Notes under the pieces: model-generated | Seen by the model: the letters and a program-made list of their open reading frames with translations, nothing else | What the model was told of the DNA's origin: nothing | The model's database searches: none | Program-made: the position numbers and the translations under genes | Shown: piece after piece, positions 11,601-25,537 of the stretch | Numbering within the stretch: position 1 is the first letter of the stretch | How the letters are laid out: each line of letters starts with the position of its first letter | Assembly (NCBI GenBank): GCA_051362555.1 | Contig: CM120644.1 | Location: forward strand, 6,642,954 to 6,706,953 | DNA length: 64,000 bases | From: Lingula anatina | Taxonomy: Eukaryota; Animalia; Brachiopoda | Direction: 5' to 3'

Positions 11601-14600
11601 CACACTTCATAAAATCCCTTTGTGCATCTGCATCATCTTCTTAAGCCAATGGGCATCTTCTTAATCTGATGGGGATTTCTTGATAATTAACAAATTGGCT
11701 TTTCATAATCATATGCAATTTTAAATATATTTTGTTAATATTTACTTTTTTTACTTTTAGATATTTGATTTTTATTATTAGATATTTTTACATGTTATAA
11801 ATTGTACTAAATATTTCATGGATTTTAGACTAGCAAAATATTTATTATTTATTTAATTTATTTATTTATGTTTAGATTGCTGCACTGAGCCCTGCTGATA
11901 TTAACTATGAGGAGACACTATCCACTTTAAGATTTGGTAAGTCAGCCAGGCCCGTGACCATCAAAATCAAAATTTGCACTCCCACCCCCCATCCCCCCAC
12001 CCCTCAGTTAACCTCAACTAAGAAATGGCAAAATTAATACTGTTAGATAAAATTTTGATTCAAAGTGGGCTTTTGCTAGCTGAAGGGGCAGTTCTTTCAA
12101 ACATAAAAAACGATTGTCTGACTTTTGAGGTCAGTGTTTCCATATCCAGGCAAGCTGGAAACATCCCAAAATTATGACAGCCATAACAATGTTTTACTTT
12201 TCCTTTCTCATGAAAACACTCTGAAATATTTCATGTCAAATCATCTCATTTTCACATAGTAATTACTAGTAGCATCATCTTAAAGATAATGTAACTAAAT
12301 TGAATTTTGTTTTAACTTAATAATTTGTTTTTGTGACATGAAGACCACATCTGTTATAGTCTCTTAGAGGTTTAAAAAAAGTATTTTCCAATACATAGCT
12401 GACCGAGCCAAAGCCATCAAGACCACCGCTAAGGTAAACGAGAGCCCCACAGACAGACTGATCCGAGAGCTGCGCGAGGAGAATGAACGCTTGAAGAAGT
12501 TGATGGAGTCTGGCGGCATAATGCCTGCCATGGAAGGGGATGGCGGCACCTCTGATGAAGGTGCATACAGTTATGAAAATATTTTCAACTTTAAGTTATT
12601 CACTTGTGAAATTAAGTAAATGCAGATGCACTGTCAATTATAGAGAAATGCACCATGATACTTGTTAATGTACATAAATATTTCATTGTGGTATCCTTTA
12701 AGAAAAAGAAGAGATGCAGCGTCAGATGAAGGAGTTGATGGAGAGGAATCAGGCTGAGGTGGCGGCCATGCAGGCATCATGGGAAGAGAAACTACAGAAG
12801 GAACGTGAGCAGAATGAGGTCTGGGCCTACATCTCTCTCTCTCTCTTTCTCCCCCTCTCTCTCTCTCACACACACACACAAACACAGGTAGTTAAAAAGT
12901 ACTCATTTTGACACTGTGAAACTCGGATTACCTACAAACATATACTGCATCATTACCGTATGTATGGCAGGCCTGAAATATTTTGTTACAGACTTTATTT
13001 TTATGGGTTTTGTCCTTTATGAAGTACATTTTGCAACCAAAGTTCATTTTGCTACCAAAATATATTTTGAATATTTACTTATAAAAAAGTAATAAAATTT
13101 ATCTGTTTCATCCTCAGGCGCAAAGTGTAAGTAAGGTGTTGTACTGTTGCATGATTTGTGTCATTTCAGCACATGCTGTTTAACCTTAAAAAGCAGCTGA
13201 AAAGTATTTTTTACTGTTGCATGTTTTATTGCAGATTTAACTGATGCTACGGCTTTTTCATTTTGCCTTGGTTTTAGGTTAACTACCACTTGGATTTTTA
13301 AATTATATTTTTAGTTACTTCTTCTTTTCAGTTTTTGTGCTATGTGGAATGCATATCAAAAGATTAATAACTTAAGATTTTCATTCAAAAAGCTTGCTGT
13401 TATTTTAAAAGCAGTTCAGTTTGTATGTGCTTTGGAAAGTGGCATTTTAAGCATTACAGTGTATATGATGTACATTTTGTTGGCCTGATTATTTGAGACC
13501 ACTGAGACCATGACATACAGCACTGCATGAGAAATGTGTGTTCACAGCTTATTTTTTGACAAGTTAATTAAAATCCATCTAACAAATTGCTTTTGGGTTT
13601 TTTGCCAGAATTATTCCAAAAAATTATATTCTTCATATCTTTTGTCTCTTCCCTAGTACAGCTTTCAACTTTTGTAACTAAAACAATCCCATTATAAAGT
13701 TCATTTTATTTATTGATATTTTTTACAATTGTCATCAGCCTACCTGTTTAACACATGCATAAGACCATAAATTATTTTGAAACTCATTCACAATTTTCAG
13801 AAAGCATTGGCTGAACAAAAACAGAAGGAAGAGGAGAAGAAAGTGACCCCATATTTTTGGAACTTAAATGAAGATCCTTCTTTATCTGGGATGTTGATCC
13901 ACTTCTGTAAGCCAGGTAAGAATGGAGGGGTTAATTTCCATACTGGTTTAAATGCATAATCAATGTCAGACCTGCTTCCTGGATTGCATCGTGGAAATGG
14001 GCGAATTTGATATGTTTAAAAGATACAATTACTTTTGGACATGTTCTGCTTTTCTTGATTTTTTTCCATTTTTTTATTGCACTCAAAGGATTTCTGATAT
14101 TCTTAAATCTTTTTGTAATCTTTTTAATCTATTTTTATTATTTAAAAAAAATCAACAAATGTTTATTTGCCTTGAAAAAAATCTTGATTCTCTTTAAGTT
14201 GTATGTACAAGACTTCCTAGTAAATGGAGACTCCATCAGTCCATCTGACAACTTAATTTGTGCAATTGACATTATATTAAAAAAGAGGCTTAATAAATAA
14301 AAACTGCTTTGTACGTAGATTAAGAATATTAGAGACACAAATGGTAAATTATATCCTTTATGTTTTCAACTAAAACTAAATAAAATAAGACAAAGATAAT
14401 CTATGTGGCTTATTCCTTTCACATTGTTATTTTAGGTCAATCCAGAATTGGAACAAAGAATGCCAAACCCCCTCCAGAAATACAGCTCAGTGGACTTAAG
14501 TAATAAAACCTGACATAGTTTACTGTGATTAAAAAAGGACAAATTTTAACAATATTACTTTGTTAAAAATCTCATTTCTTTATATTTAATAGAAAGTGTT

Positions 14601-17600
14601 AAGTCCAGTTGTATAGAATTTGTTCTTGATTTGTTTATACCTACCAACCCATATTTTATTTCAAAAATCTATTTATACTGATAAGCTTTTGTACAATGAA
14701 TGATACATCCTGTCAATAATTTAAAAAAGCAAAAGCCATTTTACAACACTCCGGGATGTTGTCACATTTTACTCAAAACATTATATTGTTTATTAAACTC
14801 CACACCATATAAGGCATGAATGTGGTTGTAATAAATTGTAAATATTTCATTTCCCCAGTATCCAGATGGAACATGCTACTGTGACTAACAAGGATAACAA
14901 AGTGTCCATCAAGCCCACATTTCAGTCAGCGGTCATCATCAATGGAAAAGAAATCTCAAAAGAGGAGTTACTGCACCATAATGACAGGTAGGTGGAGCTA
15001 CTGCACCAATATAACAGGTGGGTGAAGCTTATGAACCAGCATGACAGGTAGGTGGAGTTACTACACCATAATGACAGGTAGGTGGAGCTACTGCACAGAT
15101 GTTCAAGACTTGCTTCTAAACCATTTATGTTGTTGGAACTTCAGATTAAAAACTTGTTCGCTGTTTGTTGAAATACTCATTTAAAGCACTTTTATATGAT
15201 AATTTGATAGCTATTCATTGAAAATAATATGAACAGTGTTGTATTTATTCATTGCATTGCAAATTTTTGACTCCATGAGCCTTTTGTGCATCATCATTTC
15301 TGTTAATTGTTTCCATAATTTCTGTGTTGACTAGTATTTCGAAAAACACATCAGAGATTAAATTGCTTTGATTTTGATCTTCAGGATATTATTTGGTTCC
15401 ACAAATCTGTTTGTGTTCCACCACCCAGTGGATTATGCCCAGCAGTTGAAGCAAGGCAAGAAGGTCGAGGCACCAACATTTGAAAAGGCACAGGAAGAAA
15501 TCTCGGAGACGGCCCTACAGAAAGTTGGCTTCTCTAAAGTCGGGCAGTCCGGAAGTAAAGGTAAATATCTCTGATTGGGTTATTCCACAAAGTGAAATTC
15601 TTCCAGTCATATCAGATTCAGTGAAACATACATTTTGTGTAATGTTTGCATAACTGTTAATTTACATCACATTTTGATTCCAGTGGAGTTTATATTGGAG
15701 GGTACAGTACTATAATTGTAGAAAGGAAAGAAAATAATGGAGCTGTCGGAATTACGCAAATGTTCCACAAAATGTGCATGACAATGACATGACTCAGAGA
15801 ATCACTTTTAGTGGAGAGATATTATAAATATAGCATGTTTTTCTTAGGTTAATATCCATTTTTTACTTTTAACAGTTCAGCCAAACCACCTGGAAGTTGT
15901 ATGTATGTATGTATGTATGTATGTGTACATATATATATGTGCTTAACTCATTATAATTTTTTTTCCAGAGGACCTTGTCCTCCAAGATGACCTTGTCCGT
16001 ACCATGCCCATGGTCAACCAGTGCAATGCCATGTCAGAGTGCCTGAACAAGAAGAGGTTTTTTGAGATAGCCCTGGTGTCTCCACAGGCCAGGGGGCTGA
16101 AAGAAGGCAGGACAGAGGTAAAGTTTCATAGTGATTTTTTTTTCAACTTTGGGGGTCTTTTCTTGCTAAAAATTCATGTTTGAAAGTTTGTTATTCTGTT
16201 TGAGAGTGTTTAAATTGCCCTAGAGTTCCTGACAGGATTAGGGCAGGTGGGGTTTGGGGGTGGGGGGGGGGAAGGAGAGAGAGAAGAAAACAAACAAAAT
16301 TCCTCACATGTCATTGATAAGCAATGTACTGTTTGTAACTCATATATTTATATATTATATACAGGGGCGGATTTAAGCCGTCTTCTGGGTCTTCTGGAAG
16401 ATGGCCAGATTTTCAAGTTTACATTGATGGGTATCTAATTTTTTCTGTTGGAAGATGGTCAAAAATGGCAGATGGATCAAAAAAGATAATTTGGAAGACT
16501 GTCAGAAAATATCTCTGGATCCGCCCCTGATATATTTATATATTTGATATAAAATCAATCATACCGAATACTGACGTACACACAAATATGATTGTTGCCT
16601 ATATTTTCTCTTTAAATAATTAACAAATGAATTAATTAATTTATATATATTTATTCATTTATATTATTTTTTTATTCTTTCTATGTAGGTCATGGTTAAA
16701 ATGAAGAACTTGGAGAATGGCAATGAGTGGATGTGGCCGTATGATAAGTTTCTGAACAGAAAATACAAGATGGAGGAGATGTACAATGACTTTATCAATG
16801 ATGAGAAGGATTGGGATGAACCTCCAGTAAGATTTCACTTCTAGATTATTTAACTACAAACCTTCTTTAAAGTTTGTAATCATATGAATTCAGATGAAAA
16901 TACATTTAATACAAAATATATGAATTAGAGGTTGTAGATTGTCAGAAAGAACAGTATGTAGTAGACTGTTATTAAGTTTAATGCCAAACAGAAATTTTTG
17001 AAAAAAAAATTGTAGGTCATGTGTCAGGATGGAGGGACGGGTTTCAACTGGCATCCAGTGTTGAATTGGTGTCATATTAATCTGAGAAATTGTTTACATT
17101 TTATTTATTTTATTACAGGAGAAGGATCCATTCGAGGAATCTGCTGACTCAGCAGTTTTAATTGGGTCAGTTCAGGTGTTCCTGCAGTCCCTAGGGTATT
17201 TGATTGACACTGACGAACACCTGTCAATCACAGACTTCAGGGGAATTGAACATGGTATGTAGGTTCAGCAATTTTGCTGATTCAGTTTTGTTTTACATAA
17301 TTTTACTGTAAATTTATATAGAGGTTCTTTTCTGTTGGTTCAGAAAGTATAGCACAATTGTGAAATGGTATGAATTGGCTTGCATGCAGTGCAAAAGTGT
17401 TTCACACCCAAATGAGTGCTCATGCACACACACACACACAAACTCTCATACACACACACACATGCAGGCATCTAATTAATGACTTAAACTGATTGCTGTA
17501 TTCAAGTTAAACAGTTTACAAGAGAACCATTATTTGTGCATGCAGAAATAGTTTAAGAGAAGAGTTGAACTGAGAAATGGTTAACTTTACCGTATCAATG

Positions 17601-20402
17601 AATTCTTATGTCTTGCAGGCCGCATGCAGGTGCAGGCTCTTCCATGTGACGCTAAGTGGAAGCCAATTGAAGATGATTTTGTGGAGGACCCTTATGAACT
17701 TGTGGGAAAACAACTTAATTTCAAAATGAAAATTGGGAAAGTTGGTGGAATTCCTTCCAAGTATGAAAAGGTTGGTAGACTTCTTTGCTTGTAAGTTTTT
17801 ATTGCTACTTGTAATATGATAAACAAATGGGTACACTGACACGTGTTTTAATCTTAAAATGAGATAAAGATATAAAACAGGATAATTTACATGAAAAATG
17901 TAGACTTGTTGCTTTGATTGGTGCCATCATAAATATTTAGTAGAATTGGAAGAAGATTTTTACAATTATTTAAACTGATAAAATAATAATTTTGCTTTGG
18001 ATAGAAAACATTCTGGAAAGGTTGATGAGTCAGAACTTTTTTGTGAAAAGCTGAGTTATTTAAAGTTATCAATGGAACAAAAGACTCAGAGCATATTTAC
18101 TAGACTGTTTATATTTTACTGCCATGATTATCAGCAGGATTTCCTTATGTATGTAAGGATGAATAAAAGCAGACAAAAGTAATATTTGATATATTGGGAG
18201 TTCTACATGCCATTGGTATAATCTAAATTTCCAGGTCTATGTGAGCTATAAGTTCTACCTAGACGACACCCCAGCAGTGTCCAAGGAGATGAGTGGAGTA
18301 AACATGGACTTCAACTTTGACAAACAGTTCACATTTAAACCTGTCACACAGCAGGTCAGTGCAGGAGGGGTTTTCTTTTTTTCACCATTTATTTATTTAT
18401 TTATTTTAATAGATTACATTTTTATGAGCTAAATTATTTGATGTTTTATGATTGACTCAATTCAGATAAGTAGGCAATAAAAAATAAAGATAAAAGTGAT
18501 GACTTATTTGAAATGTTTTGGACTTAATAAACAAAAACTTGAAAATTTAAAATCAAATTCCTTAGATTGTGATTTATCATGAAAACTACTTATTGCTATT
18601 GCTCCACATTTAAATCAACAGAGATACATGAATAAAGACCAGACAGACTGACAGACAGACTGACAGTAGACAGAACACATAGTTAGCTAAGCTTGCTAAA
18701 ACCAGTACCCAGTATGAGTTATTTCCAAATGTTGTAATATATGCCATAGCTTTTGAAATTTCAGCTTGTTGACTACCTCATGAATGACCCTCTGGTGATC
18801 CAAGTGTATGGTAAACAAAAGACTGGAGGACAAAAAGGAGGAACAGCTCTTCCCACCAGAGAACTTATGGCTAGGGAGAAAACCATGATTCACCAGACCA
18901 AACAGGTAGAGTACTGTATTAAAACTAGAGACCACTCTTCTTACTAGAGATCTCATGGCTACAGAGAAAACGTGGTCTACCATAAAAAACGGGTGAAGTA
19001 TTGTGTTGAACTAGCTACAGAAAACCATAATTTATCAGACCTAGTCAATAGAGTATTATCTTGAACCTAACGATGGGAACATTCTTCCTACCAGAGAACT
19101 CATGGCTAAGGAGAAAACCATGATTTAAGTTTAATTAAATTTAAATTAGATTTTAATGAAATTTTTAAAAAAAGTTAAAACAGGTATCTGACTTACACCA
19201 TTGAAAGGAAAATGTGCTGAGAGGTTTTGAAATAAAAACAGAATAAACCAGTATACTTAGATACAGTGAGGCCAATTTATCTTCAACTCATGGAGACCAA
19301 TTTTTTATCCAAAAATTTAGACTGATGTTCTTTTGTGAGTTTGGCCCCAAGTTTTTTGTTTTCATACATGAACAACCACTTTTTGTACCAGGTAAAAAAT
19401 TCCAATAAACAAAAGATCTTATGATCTCAAAGACAATAAACTACAACAAAATACGTGTATCATTTTACAGGAGGATATGAAAAACAGAATGGCAATTGAA
19501 GTTGCAACTGAAAGAAAAAAGTTTGAGAGGGCAGAGACCAAACTGGTGAGTTTCTTTTTCTTACAGTAGAAGCAACAGAGTCAAACCTTATCAGTTAAGT
19601 CTTCTAGACATGTAGAAAATCTACAACTTTAAAACATAATATGAAAGAATCTTTTTCAATATGATTCACAGGCTTTGAAATTTCTGAAATGGTTGATGTA
19701 ATAAATTTGAAGATCAGGTGGAACAGCTGGTTGCCTTTTGTGGTTGAGAACTGGTACAAATGCATGCACTTCATCATATGATCTGGATTATCATAGTGTT
19801 CTTTAATTTGATTTTTTTTAATTAATTTGATTTGTTTTTCAAATCTTCAGAGAAAAATTCAGGAACTGGTAAACAAAGCAAAGAAAGGAAATCGAACTGA
19901 ACTTGCAGTAAGTTGTGTAGAGAGAGAAAAGAGAGAGATGTTTGTAGTTATTACATAATATAAATATGTTTTGTGGATAAATATAGAACAAATGCAGCTA
20001 AGTCTGAAAGACGAAATTAGGTTTTTCCAGAAAAGCAACTTGTAGGTAATATTAGTAAGGGCTCTGTAGAGAAGTCACCATTTCAAAGGTGGCCTTCTTC
20101 ATTATAGTTAAACTAAAATTTATTTCTTTTCCAATATTTTGCTGTCTTTTTAATCACCTTTTTTGGGGGAAAGTGGCTACAGATTTTGTGATTATAGAAG
20201 GCACTCTAATTTCGTCTCTTGTTATGAAAAACTATTATTACAGATAAATTCATTACAGTATTAACATTTTCATCAGGTGAAGGACGTGGAAGATATTCTT
20301 GAAGGCAGCTTCAGATTTAAAGGTGTAGCAGATGCTGTGACTTTGGCCAAGAGAAATGAAGCCATGGGGAAGAACACATCATCAGCCTGCAACCTGCAGT
20401 GA
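5673..20402 (+). CDS. KIF28: Kinesin-3 family motor, KIF28/KLP-6 type (~973 aa, 26 exons)
   Basis: Exons 5673-5714, 7679-7876, 8381-8513, 8741-8823, 9342-9456, 9867-9978, 10368-10475, 10961-11094, 11438-11508, 11876-11936, 12399-12560, 12703-12818, (13118-13126), 13801-13915, 14436-14499, 14859-14987, 15385-15560, 15969-16117, 16689-16826, 17119-17254, 17619-17770, 18235-18354, 18765-18905, 19471-19545, 19851-19907, 20277-20402 total 2922 nt in frame. Motifs: [61 protein letters not shown] plus FHA region, WMWxxxKFLNRKYxMxEMY. Ends SSACNLQ*. Confidence 0.92.
5715..7678 (+). other. U12-type (minor spliceosome) AT-AC intron
   Basis: 5' site ATATCCTTT, branch site TCCTTAAC (7662-7669), terminal AC. 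Removal joins ...RVRPF|NTREKERN... in phase 0. Confidence 0.93.
14964..15098 (+). repeat. 30-bp tandem repeat spanning an exon end and splice donor (~4.5 copies)
   Basis: ggagttactgcaccataatgacag|gtaggt is repeated with small variations into the intron. Confidence 0.85.
16362..16529. mobile_element. 168-bp MITE, 5-bp TSD (hAT5-like)
   Basis: TIR caggggcggat...atccgcccctg, TSD atata. Second copy at 22881-23048. Confidence 0.85.
18846..19125 (+). repeat. Degenerate tandem duplications of the 3' end of a KIF28 exon
   Basis: ctcttcccaccagagaacttatggctagggagaaaaccatgat recurs at ~18846, ~18935 and ~19082, with a partial copy near 19012. Confidence 0.75.
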
Positions 20403-21770
20403 ATTAGATCATCCAAAACACTCTTAGCAACCCTGACCTGAATTGTATGCCAGCCTACGTCAGTATTTAAGAAAAAATATATTGTTATCAGTATGCCTTC
20501 TCCTTCTGTCAAAATGGATATTTGAGAGGGGTGTACTGGATCTGGAGCTGTAGGTGTACATAACCAGGACAGGGGGACATTTGATTGCATTATCTCTTGC
20601 AGAAACCACCAAGATATATTTAACCTTCATTTAACGGTGATAATATTTATGAGAAGTATTAGGGTTTGCTTCTGTCTTAGTAGATATAAAAGTTTATCAC
20701 AATCTTTTCAGTCATTTGTTTACAATAGAAACTTTGGGAAGGAGCCTCTTAAAACTGATTAAGATTTATACCAAAGTCAGTCGAAAGGGATTAGATGTAG
20801 AGAGAATATTTAGAATACAAAGGAGACGGAGAGATTTGACACATGGGAGGAAAACTGTTCTCCTGGTTCTGCCTAGCATAGAATTTGCATGAGAGACGAC
20901 AGGGAAGATGAATCAAATCAGGCACTTCATTAAATTTGCCTATGCAGCCATCTACCATTTAACATATAAGAAACATTCCACTGTATTTTCGTTTTTACTT
21001 CTTATTATATATAATAAATCATTTCATGCAGTATATGTCTTATCTGTAAAACATTGCCATATGTTCATTTCTTGAGGAAAAGAGTGCAACAATAAGGATT
21101 TGTGCCACAATATTACTTTTTTTAGGTTTGATTACCAGAATTGCAATAAACTAAAAAATAACAGTATTTTGGAGGAAGTAATATTCTATAGTGTGGAAAG
21201 GATTACTGGTAAATGTCTTGCTAATAATAAATAAAATAATCAAAGACAAATAATAAACTGTGATGCAAAGGTATTTAAATATATGAGATGCTGCTGTATT
21301 GTTATGTCCGTCCACTTATTGTAGAATAATGTGATATGATTATTTGATGTTATTGATATTAATACATTATATATAGGCTGATTACAATGTAAGAGGGAAT
21401 AGCATTACGTTGGTGTGCCTCTTGCTGTCTGTTATTGTAGTATTTATCACTTTTGTGACAATTTCCGTCCTTGAAGATATTGATATTCATTATACTTTAG
21501 CATCAAGCCATATTATTTTTTCTTCTGGTTTGATGGATTTATTTATTCCAGAATGCATTATATTCATTTTAATAATTTTATTTATTTATTTTGATGATTG
21601 TTTGTTTTGTGAAAATGAAGTGTAAAACAGTAATAATATTTTTTTATTTTACCGATACATGTATATGCATTCCAGTTGCCAGCAACACATGATAACTGTA
21701 AGCAATAGATCAGTTTTCTGTCCATACAATATATATATAATATATATATTGTCTTGATTCATGTACATAT

Positions 21771-21882
21771 CCCTAACGAATAAGTCTTATAGTATCCTAT
21801 AAGAACCTAAAGGAAATTGGGCCAATTTCCTTTAGAATCCTGTAGGATCTGGTGGGATCTTATAGGACTTTTTCGTAAGGGG
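21771..21882. mobile_element. Short inverted-repeat MITE (related copy 22538-22620)
   Basis: ccctaacgaataagtcttata ... tataggactttttcgtaaggg, with internal tcctatag repeats. Confidence 0.6.
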
Positions 21883-22880
21883 TAGACAAATTAAGCTATA
21901 ACAGGACCTAAAACCAGCTAATGCGCTCTTTGTTGATACATGTACTATATCGTGTCATATGATAAGAAGCATTCTGTTGGTTTCATTGTTTGATTCCTAT
22001 AGGTTTCTCTATTCTGAGGATTTGTAATTATTTTATAATACTGGTTTTTATATTTCTAGCAACAGTATCGATATGGTTTTTATGGAAGTGTTTGTTAACT
22101 GGGAAACTTTGCTTACTGTTGGTGTGTTTCTCAGGTTTTGCTGCCAAGAATATAGCAATAAATTAATAATAAAAGCAAACATGTTTCACATTTCAGTTTT
22201 CTGTGTAACAAAATTTCTCCACTGCTATGAAATAATGTGACCATGTGTGATATTTTAATTATACTTTTCATTGCATAATTGTGATTAATTTTACTGCATT
22301 GTCAAAGTTATATTTTTTCCAGGTACTAGTGTATAAATGTTTTGCAAATGAATCCTGCTATTTCTTATGATATTAATTTTAGTAAACTCGTTCATCATTT
22401 TCACATTATGCTTAAATGTATTATCATGGTATGATCTGTTTCTATGTACACTTGTATAACTTTCAGTGACATACTGAGTCTGTGTATTTGGGTTTATGTT
22501 TCATGGTCTGAATTAAAGATATTTCCCAAGGTCATTACCCTTACGAATAGGATCCTATAAGATCCTATAAATTTATATAGGAAATTGACCCATCTTGGCC
22601 ATAGGACTTTTTCATTAGGGATTGCCAAGGTCATTCTGAAAAAAGTAACTCTGCATGTTATTGTAATAACTAGATAGTGTGTTGGAGCATTTTCTAGTGA
22701 ATTCAGCGTACAGGTTACATATCTGGATACATTTGTATGATATAATAAAGAAGGTACATGTAGCGATTTCTTATGAATGGGTTAAACCATCCCAGGAACC
22801 GTAATTTCTATCAGGAACTACAATCCATCTGTTTTGTTTTGCTAATATTCAAAATCAAACCATTGACTGTACACCACTTC

Positions 22881-23048
22881 CAGGGGCGGATTTAAGCCGT
22901 CTTCTGGGTCTTCCGGAAGACGGTCAGATTTTAAAGTTTACATTGACGGGTATCTAATATTTTCTGTCGGAAGACGGTCAAAAACGGAGGATGGATTAAC
23001 AAAAATAATTTGGAAGACTGTCAGAAAATATCTCTGGATCCGCCCCTG
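22881..23048. mobile_element. 168-bp MITE, 5-bp TSD (hAT5-like), second copy
   Basis: Same TIRs and body as 16362-16529. TSD acttc. Confidence 0.85.
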
Positions 23049-23564
23049 ACTTCGCTCACGATGCCTGTACTTACACTGAACATTGTCATGAACTACCGGT
23101 AGATCAACTAATATCGTACTGTAGGCAAACTTCATTAAAATATTAGTTATCTTCCCTGGCAACACAATTATGTGTGAACAGTGAGTAAGAGCAAGATGAT
23201 TATACGCATCCCTGAGGCCTTCCAGGGTTTAACATGGCATGGAACTTGTTTAGTTTGTTTGGGAGCCAGGGTTCCTCCCAATTGTAAAAGTGTACAGCTG
23301 TGTTGTACGCCCCCTCGTAACTTTACTTTAAGTACTTGGGTAAAGTCGGGACAACTTTGTGGTCCATTATAATGTTCATGTTGCTCTGAGAGGGGGCGTG
23401 CCAATCAAGCTGGTCCTGGTTTCACAAAAAATCTTAAGTCCGGTTCCCTGGCTAACAGTGAATTAATTAGGTTATGTGGTCACACCCGCACATCTTACCC
23501 TATCAGGAGCAGTGTAACAACATTCTCATGGAAATTCTAGTCAACTAAGCCAGGGAAATAACTT

Positions 23565-23621
<57 letters not shown>

Positions 23622-24218
23622 TGTGTGCTCTTGTGCACGCATTCTAACCGAGGACACACACCCGCCCGAAACCCACTAACCGAGGACACACCTCCAACCG
23701 AGGACGTCCTCGGTTGACATAAGCAGTGGAATGCATAAAGGGGCCCATTTCAAGTTAGGTGGTGAAATTTGACGCTATTCTGAGCCAGTCCTCGGTTATG
23801 CTGTATAGCGCGGGCCAAATTCCCGCCACGAGTGTATCAGAAATACTGTCCAACTTTTTGTCTGAAATCGGGCTATACACACGCGTCCTCGGTTGTGGTG
23901 TTAAGGGCGGACCAAATTCCGCGTCCTCGGTTGTGCTGTAAAGGGCAGACTAAACTGAAACTAATGTTATATCTCAGATGTCTATATATTCAGTAAGTTC
24001 ATATTTTTAAACTAAAGGTCTTTTTTTTTTTTTTTATCAAATTAAGCTCTCCTAGGCCGTTACGTAACTACATAACTATCATCGCACTGTACATATTACG
24101 GCACGCTTCTTTATTAGTACAACTGACTTGGAGTGGTTTAAATAAAGAAGAACTGTCTGAATTTGTGGCTCACTCGGTAGATCTTAGGACCGACAATCTT
24201 TTGAGGGTGCAAGAATTA

Positions 24219-24893
24219 CTCTGAAGTATCAAATAAACGTACGGTACGTTAATTAATTTTCCAAATTTCTTCCCGCCGGTACGCTCCATTTTCACCCAGT
24301 ACGCTTATTAATTTTTCAAAAATCTTCCACCCGGTATGTTTATTAAATACCTATTGTACCGGTGGGAAATAACACAAGTACAAGTCACGCTTTTTATTTT
24401 CTTAAATTGAAGTATAATGAGAAGAAAATCGAGATCTCAACTCATTACCTACTGTTCTACAAACAGCACTGGAAAGTAGGTCAAGCGGAAGTCGCTCTCT
24501 GAACACAACAGTACATGCGTCACCTGATTTCAGTTCCTATAAATAGACGTGCTTTCCCTTCAACAGTGACAACTACTCATGTACATCGATCGAATGATGC
24601 AATGTCGCAGGTGATAGGATCATATTTATAGCTAAGGAGGTCATTTCAAGTGCAGCAAAGAAGTTGTGCCTGTTTTCAAACGTCAATTATTTCATGCCGA
24701 TTTATGATTTAAACGATGTTAAATCACATTTCTATGTAAGATAAACCCTTAGGAGTTTACAGGTATGCAAAACGAACCTTATATCTGAGAATAAATTTAC
24801 TATGAATAACGTCTCCGTATGGCTCTCGGAGGCGGCTTAGGTGCGACATATCTGGGTTTTCGGCCCCTGACGATTATGAAATATAACTCATGG

Positions 24894-24959
<66 letters not shown>

Positions 24960-24994
24960 GATAAATTATAATACTGAATGAATTTTACCTGGTG

Positions 24995-25050
<56 letters not shown>

Positions 25051-25305
25051 TGATCAATAGCTAGCTTTTTTCTTTCTCTTCTTCTTCTTTACTTTTATTT
25101 ATTTATTTCATTTTTTTTTGGGGGGGGGGGGGAGTGGTGCAAAGGTTTTTTCCACCCAGTACTTTTATTCCATCCAGTACTTTTATTAAATTTCGAGATT
25201 TTTTACACCCAGTACTTTTATTCCATCAGTACTTTTATTAAATTTTGAGATTTTTTTCCACCCAGTACTTTTATTCCATCAGTTCTTTTATTCGATACTT
25301 CAGAG
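24219..25305. mobile_element. Nested Tc1/mariner-type MITE (TA TSD)
   Basis: TA|ctctgaagtatc ... gatacttcagag|TA, with subterminal cagtacttttatt repeats and internal (TA)n and poly-T tracts. Confidence 0.75.
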
Positions 25306-25337
25306 TAAATGAAAAGGGTAAATGGATCGTCCGTAAA

Positions 25338-25537
25338 CCCCCTTTACACTGGGGCGGCGTCCTTTGTGCGACCAAGAAACTGGCATCACTGTGGTCGTAG
25401 AAAGGAGGTACAAGCATTGCTTTGGTTGAAAAAAAATGAATATTTGGTGATTGGCCAGTTGTCAGAAAGTTAAGTATTATAATTTTGTACTCTCAAATGA
25501 TCCGTACTACAGGACGCCGTCCAGTGTAAAGGGCCCC
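25338..25537. mobile_element. Nested MITE
   Basis: Inverted arms ccctttacactggggcggcgtcct ... aggacgccgtccagtgtaaaggg. Confidence 0.65.

Noticed and set aside
12691-12702. GTATCCTTT as a second U12 donor
   Set aside because: It lies in the acceptor tract of an ordinary GT-AG intron, and the frame is satisfied without it.
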